From an uncultured cyanobacterium (GTDB lineage: Bacteria > Cyanobacteriota > Cyanobacteriia > Cyanobacteriales > CAWCAG01), in NCBI GenBank assembly GCA_963803805.1, contig CAWDOD010000003.1, positions 256,001 to 320,000 of the forward strand: a DNA stretch of 64,000 nt. The letters run 5' to 3'. A model generated the notes under the pieces. The model searched no databases. It was not told where the DNA came from and worked only from the letters and a program-made list of their open reading frames with translations. The first letter of the stretch is position 1; every line of letters begins with the position of its first letter. Made by a program: the position numbers and the translations under genes. Below are positions 59,147 through 64,000 of this stretch, piece after piece.

Positions 59147-60469
59147 TCAATCATCGTTCAAAAAACGACCGGGGCTTAAAATATTTTGAGGATCAAACTT
59201 TTTTTTAATACGTTGCATCATTATTATGGCATTACCTGTATAACCCCATGGTTCAAGCTTTTGCTTCAATTCCCCAGGAGACTCTAAGATAGTGAGGAAA
59301 CCCTGGTTTTGTTGACAGTGCGATCGCAACTTTTGAACTTGGCTAAGGCTTTTTTCCGAATTGAGTTGTAGTTTACCAATGCCGCTACTGCTATGGATTA
59401 AAGCTAATCCTTCTCCGGTAGTAACCTGATCTAAATAGGCTAAAGTTGCTGTAGCAGAAGAGGGTAAAACACCGATTTTACTAGTAACTGACTGTTGAGA
59501 AATTGGCTTACTAATTAGAGAATGCAACTGTTGCCAAAGTTCCCTTTCTCCTTCCCCTTGGTAGGTAGTAGCTTGTAAATCAAGCGCATTACCTAGTTTC
59601 TGGAGCCTCTGAGATTGAGCCTCAACGCTAGCTGTAAGGCTTTGGAAACGGACTATTAAACCAAAACCTTTTTGACCAACCAAAGTTTTCACAACCCCTG
59701 GGGAAACCACATCAGAGGCTGTGGGTGTTAAAGCAGAATTGAGGAGGGTTTGCACCGTTGTTGTGATGGCATCTTCTTCCCCGGTTAAAAATATTGTCTG
59801 AGAATCTTGGTGTAAAGGATAGGTGCGTAGGGTAACTTGAGAAATAATTCCTAAAGTGCCAAAAGAACCAGTCAACAACTTCATTAAATCGTATCCTGCC
59901 ACATTCTTGACCACTCTCCCCCCAGCTTTGGCGATCGCCCCATCCCCCCGAACAAAAGAAATTCCTAACACCATATCCCTAATGCCACCATAACGCTGTC
60001 GCCAACTACCTGTATCTGCTGTAGCAATGATGCCGCCGATAGTTGCAGTTTGGGGGTAGGCAGGATCGATAGGCAAAAATTGATTTTCTTTTGCTAGAAT
60101 CCCTTGCACCTGTGCCAATGTCATCCCCCCTTCTAAAGTGACTGTCAAATCCCCCACTGCATGGTCAATAAGACGAGATAATTTTTGGGTGCTAATAATT
60201 AAATCTGCTTTTTTAACCAATCCTCCCCAAGTAACTTTGCTGCCGTTACCAACTGCTAAAATCGGCCAACCTTGTTCCTGGGCAATTTTAACAACCTCTC
60301 CTAAAGCGGCTGGGGTGTGGGGAAAAACAGCACAACTAGGCAAATGAGAAGCTGCGATCGCCGAGGCAATTTTTTCCTGAAATGATGGTTCAAGATCCTC
60401 CCAAGCAACTAGATCTAAGTTTGGGTTAGAGGGGAGCAAAGTTGCTAATTTAGTTGCGATCGCCTTCAT
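59147..60469 (-). CDS. glcE: FAD-binding oxidoreductase, glycolate oxidase subunit GlcE-like
   Basis: DLTVTLEGG, ATIGG, RYGGIRD, GGRVVKNVAGYDLMKL, KKFDPQNILSPGR. Confidence 0.85.
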   Translation of the reverse strand: MKAIATKLATLLPSNPNLDLVAWEDLEPSFQEKIASAIAASHLPSCAVFPHTPAALGEVVKIAQEQGWPILAVGNGSKVTWGGLVKKADLIISTQKLSRLIDHAVGDLTVTLEGGMTLAQVQGILAKENQFLPIDPAYPQTATIGGIIATADTGSWRQRYGGIRDMVLGISFVRGDGAIAKAGGRVVKNVAGYDLMKLLTGSFGTLGIISQVTLRTYPLHQDSQTIFLTGEEDAITTTVQTLLNSALTPTASDVVSPGVVKTLVGQKGFGLIVRFQSLTASVEAQSQRLQKLGNALDLQATTYQGEGERELWQQLHSLISKPISQQSVTSKIGVLPSSATATLAYLDQVTTGEGLALIHSSSGIGKLQLNSEKSLSQVQKLRSHCQQNQGFLTILESPGELKQKLEPWGYTGNAIIMMQRIKKKFDPQNILSPGRFLNDD

Positions 60470-60563
60470 TTTTGCTTTTTTAAATTTGAGTTGCATATTG
60501 CCCTATTTTAAAGTGAATGTGACTTATAGAATAAGACAATCAACTAAACCGGGTTTGGTATCA

Positions 60564-62324
60564 TTAGGAACCCTTAGAACAACTATGTTTCCAAATACGA
60601 AGCTTTTCCACTTTTGGAGTTTGATAACTTGGCAAAGTTCTTTCTAGCATAAAATCAATTTCAAAAGTATCAAGTTGCTGAGAAACTTTATGCCGCCTAT
60701 TCCAGCTACGGCATAAATATCTGCCGTAATAAAGACGATACTTTTTCTTATCTTTGCGGTGCAACATCATTGTATATTTGCGCCAGCGCATATTGCGAAA
60801 AGTGCCAGAAACTAATTTCGGTTTTTCCCAACTTACAGAGTCACCACCTTGGAAAAGATCGATTTCTGTACCATCTCTCAGCTTGCCGGGAATTACATAC
60901 CAGCCATCTTTGGTGGGTGGATGGGGTGTAAACATATTCCAGGTTTGATCTAAGCCGAGAATCCGCACAAAAGCATCAGCATCTTTTGGTATTTTAAAAA
61001 CATCAGGGGCAACGGTGCGAAAATTCCACCAACAAACGAGTATGAAGAGAAAGGAAACGAAAATATTAGCTTTTCGGGAAGTATGAATTTTGAGAGGACG
61101 AAATTTGAGGAAGGATTTTGTTGGCAAAAGAGGAACTTTTTGACCGAGAAACTTAATAACTTTCCGGGGTAAAATAGCAGCGAAGGGACGAAATAAAGGT
61201 GAGAGGCGAAATAAATAAGTAACTGCGTTAGCTTGGAAAAATAGTTTTCCTTGTTCATTGCTCACAGCTAAAGATTTTCCACCTTTCATAGCTGCTAAAA
61301 TTTCTGCTTTCTCTTGTGCTGGAAGTATTTGCACATCAGGCAAGATTAAGAAGGTAGGGAGTAAGTAAGCAATTTTCTTACTAAAATCCTGTTTTTGGTT
61401 GTAGTAAACTTGAATTTCTTGGTTAGTTGATTTTCTGAAACGTCGAGAAATAATCAACCAAAACCCACTAGGCAAAAATCCTAACCAAGCTATAGCACTA
61501 ACGTAGGGAAAAAGACCAATTAGTAATCCGGAACCAAAACCAATATGAAGCCCAATAAAAAGGATAACGGCTAGGAAGCGAAAAAAATCTGCGCAGAAGG
61601 GAATGAAGAGTAAAAATGGTCCTAATAATTCCAACCAAAGAGTTACAAAGGTAAGGAAAACCAACAGAGAAGGAAAGTTAAGAAGGAATTTGCCGATAGG
61701 AGTTACTAAATAGTCTAGGTTGAGGGCATAATAAACGGCACTACCTTCCGTATGCCAAATCGGATCGGATTTAAGGGCCCAAGTAAACCAATAAATAAAG
61801 CAAACTTGTAGGGTTAAAGCAACTGTGGCTGGGGAAAGTATGCGTTTTGGTAAGGTTCGAGAAGAGGAATTAAGGGCGCGATCAACAGAATAACAAGCCC
61901 CTAAAGGTAAAAAGATACTCCAAAATAGAATCAAACGGAGTTCTACATCTCCGGCATTGATGATTAAGGGGTTACGCAATTGCAGAGATAACAGTAAAGC
62001 CCAAGAAAGAATAGTTACAAAGCGGGTACGATAGCCAACTAATAAAGCTAGGGCGATCGCCCCAGCTAAAATAAATAAAAACCCTTGAAATAGAGTTTGC
62101 CCACTAAATAAATGTATAGACCAACGCCAGGGATTAAGATTTTGTTCAATTAAGACACTTCTAGGCAAGATTCCTTCATCGCTATAGTGTGCCTGAAGAT
62201 CAAAAGCTCGTTTAAATAAATCGACAATAATTAGTAAAGCTAAACCAATACGTAAAAGGGCTAGCGATCGCAAATCTAAGCCAAACAATTGCTCTAATTT
62301 TGTTCTTCCTTCCTTAGCAATCAT
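60564..62324 (-). CDS. HTTM domain membrane protein
   Basis: DLRSLALLRI, HYSDEGILPR, VGYRTR, RNPLI..AGD, LPLGACYSVD, GSAVYYAL, LGLDQTWNMF, RWRKY, YLCRSWN. Confidence 0.85.
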   Translation of the reverse strand: MIAKEGRTKLEQLFGLDLRSLALLRIGLALLIIVDLFKRAFDLQAHYSDEGILPRSVLIEQNLNPWRWSIHLFSGQTLFQGFLFILAGAIALALLVGYRTRFVTILSWALLLSLQLRNPLIINAGDVELRLILFWSIFLPLGACYSVDRALNSSSRTLPKRILSPATVALTLQVCFIYWFTWALKSDPIWHTEGSAVYYALNLDYLVTPIGKFLLNFPSLLVFLTFVTLWLELLGPFLLFIPFCADFFRFLAVILFIGLHIGFGSGLLIGLFPYVSAIAWLGFLPSGFWLIISRRFRKSTNQEIQVYYNQKQDFSKKIAYLLPTFLILPDVQILPAQEKAEILAAMKGGKSLAVSNEQGKLFFQANAVTYLFRLSPLFRPFAAILPRKVIKFLGQKVPLLPTKSFLKFRPLKIHTSRKANIFVSFLFILVCWWNFRTVAPDVFKIPKDADAFVRILGLDQTWNMFTPHPPTKDGWYVIPGKLRDGTEIDLFQGGDSVSWEKPKLVSGTFRNMRWRKYTMMLHRKDKKKYRLYYGRYLCRSWNRRHKVSQQLDTFEIDFMLERTLPSYQTPKVEKLRIWKHSCSKGS

Positions 62325-62383
62325 GGTTAAAATAAACCCCTGAAAAATTGAAGACGCGACTAAAAGAATTCCAGCTTAACAGA

Positions 62384-62423
62384 AACCAGGGTCAAAACTT
62401 CTTATCAAATTCTGACCCTGGTT
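62384..62423 (-). terminator. strong hairpin downstream of the PEP-CTERM gene
   Basis: AACCAGGGTCA / TGACCCTGGTT 11-bp perfect stem. Confidence 0.6.
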
Positions 62424-62474
62424 ATGTTTTTATTTGCTTTTACTACAGTTTCAAAACTGAATAAGTTCAGTTAT

Positions 62475-63515
62475 TTAACGAGATTTACGACGAGAAGCAA
62501 CTAATCCACCCAAAGCAAGGAGTAAACCACCGATTGTAGTAGGTTCAGGAACTTCTTGCGCTCCATCATCTACAGTGCCGTCATCGACAGTGCCATCATC
62601 GACAGTGCCATCATCAACGGTTCCATCATCGACAGTGCCATCATCTACAGTACCATCATCGACAGTGCCATCATCTACAGTGCCATCATCGACAGTACCA
62701 TCATCGACAGTACCATCATCTACAGTGCCATCATCTACAGTGCCATCATCGACAGTACCATCATCTACAGTGCCGTCATCGACAGTGCCGTCATCTACAG
62801 TGCCGTCATCTACAGTGCCATCATCCACTGTGCCGTCATCTACAGTACCATCATCGACAGTGCCATCGTCATCAGGCTTAATCTCACCTCCTGACAACTT
62901 ATCACTACCAGCACCAGCATTTACTTGCTGGAAGCGAGCGCCTATATCTACACTTCCATCACTAAATCCGGTTAGGAATAAATTTTCTAAAACGCTAGCA
63001 ACAAGAGGACTAGTACCGGTTACAACGATGCTAGCAGTAGTAGACTGACCTTCAGCAAGAGCGCCATTAGCATTACCTCCTAAGAAGTTGTTGTTGTCAG
63101 CAATACCTACATCCAAAGTACCAAAAGGATTAAAAGCTGCGTTAGGAATCAAGGTGTTAAGGAAACCAGTGTTGGTAAAAGAACCATTAACTAAACTTAA
63201 GTTTAAAGCATCTAAGGCTTGAAAACCTCCAAGGTCAAAACCAATTCCAGTTAATTTAGAAGAAGTTGCCCCATCACCAAAGATAATGTCACCAGTTGTA
63301 TTGGTAATGTCTAAACCAATCTGAACATCATTACCGAATTGAGTAAAAGTGAAATCCACAAAAGCTGAAGCGCCAGTCGCAGGGGAGTTAGAAGAAGTGC
63401 TATTGGGGCCAAATTGAATGCCAAAAGCTTGTGCCGCAGTTGGTGTAAGAACAGATGAGGTAAGAGCGATAGTTGTTGCCGCGAAGAAAGAGGAACCAAA
63501 TATAGTTGTTTTCAT
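62475..63515 (-). CDS. PEP-CTERM surface protein with acidic DDGTV repeat linker
   Basis: Signal peptide (AAQA), globular domain, (DDGTV)20, VPEP-TM-RRKSR. Confidence 0.92.
   Translation of the reverse strand: MKTTIFGSSFFAATTIALTSSVLTPTAAQAFGIQFGPNSTSSNSPATGASAFVDFTFTQFGNDVQIGLDITNTTGDIIFGDGATSSKLTGIGFDLGGFQALDALNLSLVNGSFTNTGFLNTLIPNAAFNPFGTLDVGIADNNNFLGGNANGALAEGQSTTASIVVTGTSPLVASVLENLFLTGFSDGSVDIGARFQQVNAGAGSDKLSGGEIKPDDDGTVDDGTVDDGTVDDGTVDDGTVDDGTVDDGTVDDGTVDDGTVDDGTVDDGTVDDGTVDDGTVDDGTVDDGTVDDGTVDDGTVDDGTVDDGTVDDGTVDDGAQEVPEPTTIGGLLLALGGLVASRRKSR
62562..62870 (-). repeat. 15-bp coding tandem repeat, 20 full units plus DDG
   Basis: GAY GAY GGN ACN GTN units with synonymous variation only. 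Confidence 0.95.
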
Positions 63516-63816
63516 GTTTAAGAAACCTTTAATAGTGAAAGATGGATATTTTGTAATTTCTGCTGTTGTGACGACTATAAGTCATAAATATTGGATTGGT
63601 AAAGAGAAAAATGTCAACTTCATCAACTCTTTAATAACTTACTATTTCCTCTTTGTTGTAGCTTCATAAATTTCATTAGCAGGTGTTATTTGTTACCTGT
63701 TTCTAATGGCATACAGTTAGGCGGATAGTAACTTTTATTGCATGAATTGTTTATAAAAAAAGATGAAAACGGTATTCAACATTTTTCTCTAAGTAATAAA
63801 AAATACAACGACAAAT

Positions 63817-64000
63817 TCAAAAAGACTTAGAGAAAGGATGCTTCCAAATACGAGGTTTTTCTACTTTTGGCATTTGCTAATATGGCAAAGTTCTCTCTGA
63901 TATAAAATTCATTTCCAAAGTATCAAGTTACAGCAGATATTTGTACCGCTCATTCCAGCTACGGCATAAATATCTGCTGTAATAAAGACGATATTTTTTC
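63817..64000 (-). pseudogene. decayed 3' end of an HTTM paralogue
   Basis: KKYRLYYSRYLCRSWNERYKYLL*LDTLEMNFISERTLPY*QMPKVEKPRIWKH aligns to the C-terminus of 60564-62324 and has two in-frame stops. Confidence 0.85.

Larger units (their letters stand above)
5996..62271. repeat. HIP1 octamer GCGATCGC dispersed through the window
   Basis: More than 30 copies by eye (e.g. 5996, 9256, 18261, 27113, 38180, 54377, 62264). Confidence 0.9.

Noticed and set aside
62556-63048. Plus-strand ORFs and CRISPR-like periodicity at the 15-bp repeat
   Set aside because: These are antisense shadows of the DDGTV coding repeat, with no unique spacers
1-64000. tRNA or rRNA genes
   Set aside because: None recognised by eye; tRNAscan-SE or Infernal would be needed to exclude them

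Overview
Chromosomal DNA from a cyanobacterium: it carries psbU, dense HIP1 octamers (GCGATCGC), XisH/XisI, Uma2, pentapeptide repeats and a PEP-CTERM protein. All family calls are by eye from motifs and memory; no searches were run. The window falls into four zones. (1) 1-5.5 kb is an accessory island. It holds a FOXRED2-like flavoprotein cut by the left edge and two tandem 240-aa paralogues resembling the heme-oxygenase-like diiron enzyme AetD. Their candidate promoter has a C10 tract between the -35 and -10 boxes. Next to them is a hidden orphan CRISPR remnant: two 37-bp repeats plus a degenerate third and two 35-bp spacers, with the first spacer split by a defective IS5-family element and the first repeat fused to a truncated gene. 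(2) 5.6-27.8 kb is mostly housekeeping (pyrFE, pepP, trpG/pabA, dgkA, ybeY, nadB, ruvC, yvcK, nadC, psbU) with two copies of a TA-flanked MITE. (3) 27.9-57.3 kb is a ~30-kb caspase-like protease locus. It has five CHAT domains with intact His/Cys, four of them on signal-peptide TPR proteins and one fused to a CHASE2 sensor. It also encodes a TpsA/TpsB two-partner secretion pair, two DUF928 proteins, DUF1822 and a sigma-70-like protein, and is punctuated by GTAG REP-like palindromes. (4) 58-64 kb holds Rpn, glcE, an HTTM protein, a PEP-CTERM protein with 20 DDGTV repeats and a decayed HTTM duplicate. The best candidates for an undescribed system are the AetD-like pair with its flavoenzyme and the CHAT/CHASE2/DUF1822/sigma-like signalling locus.
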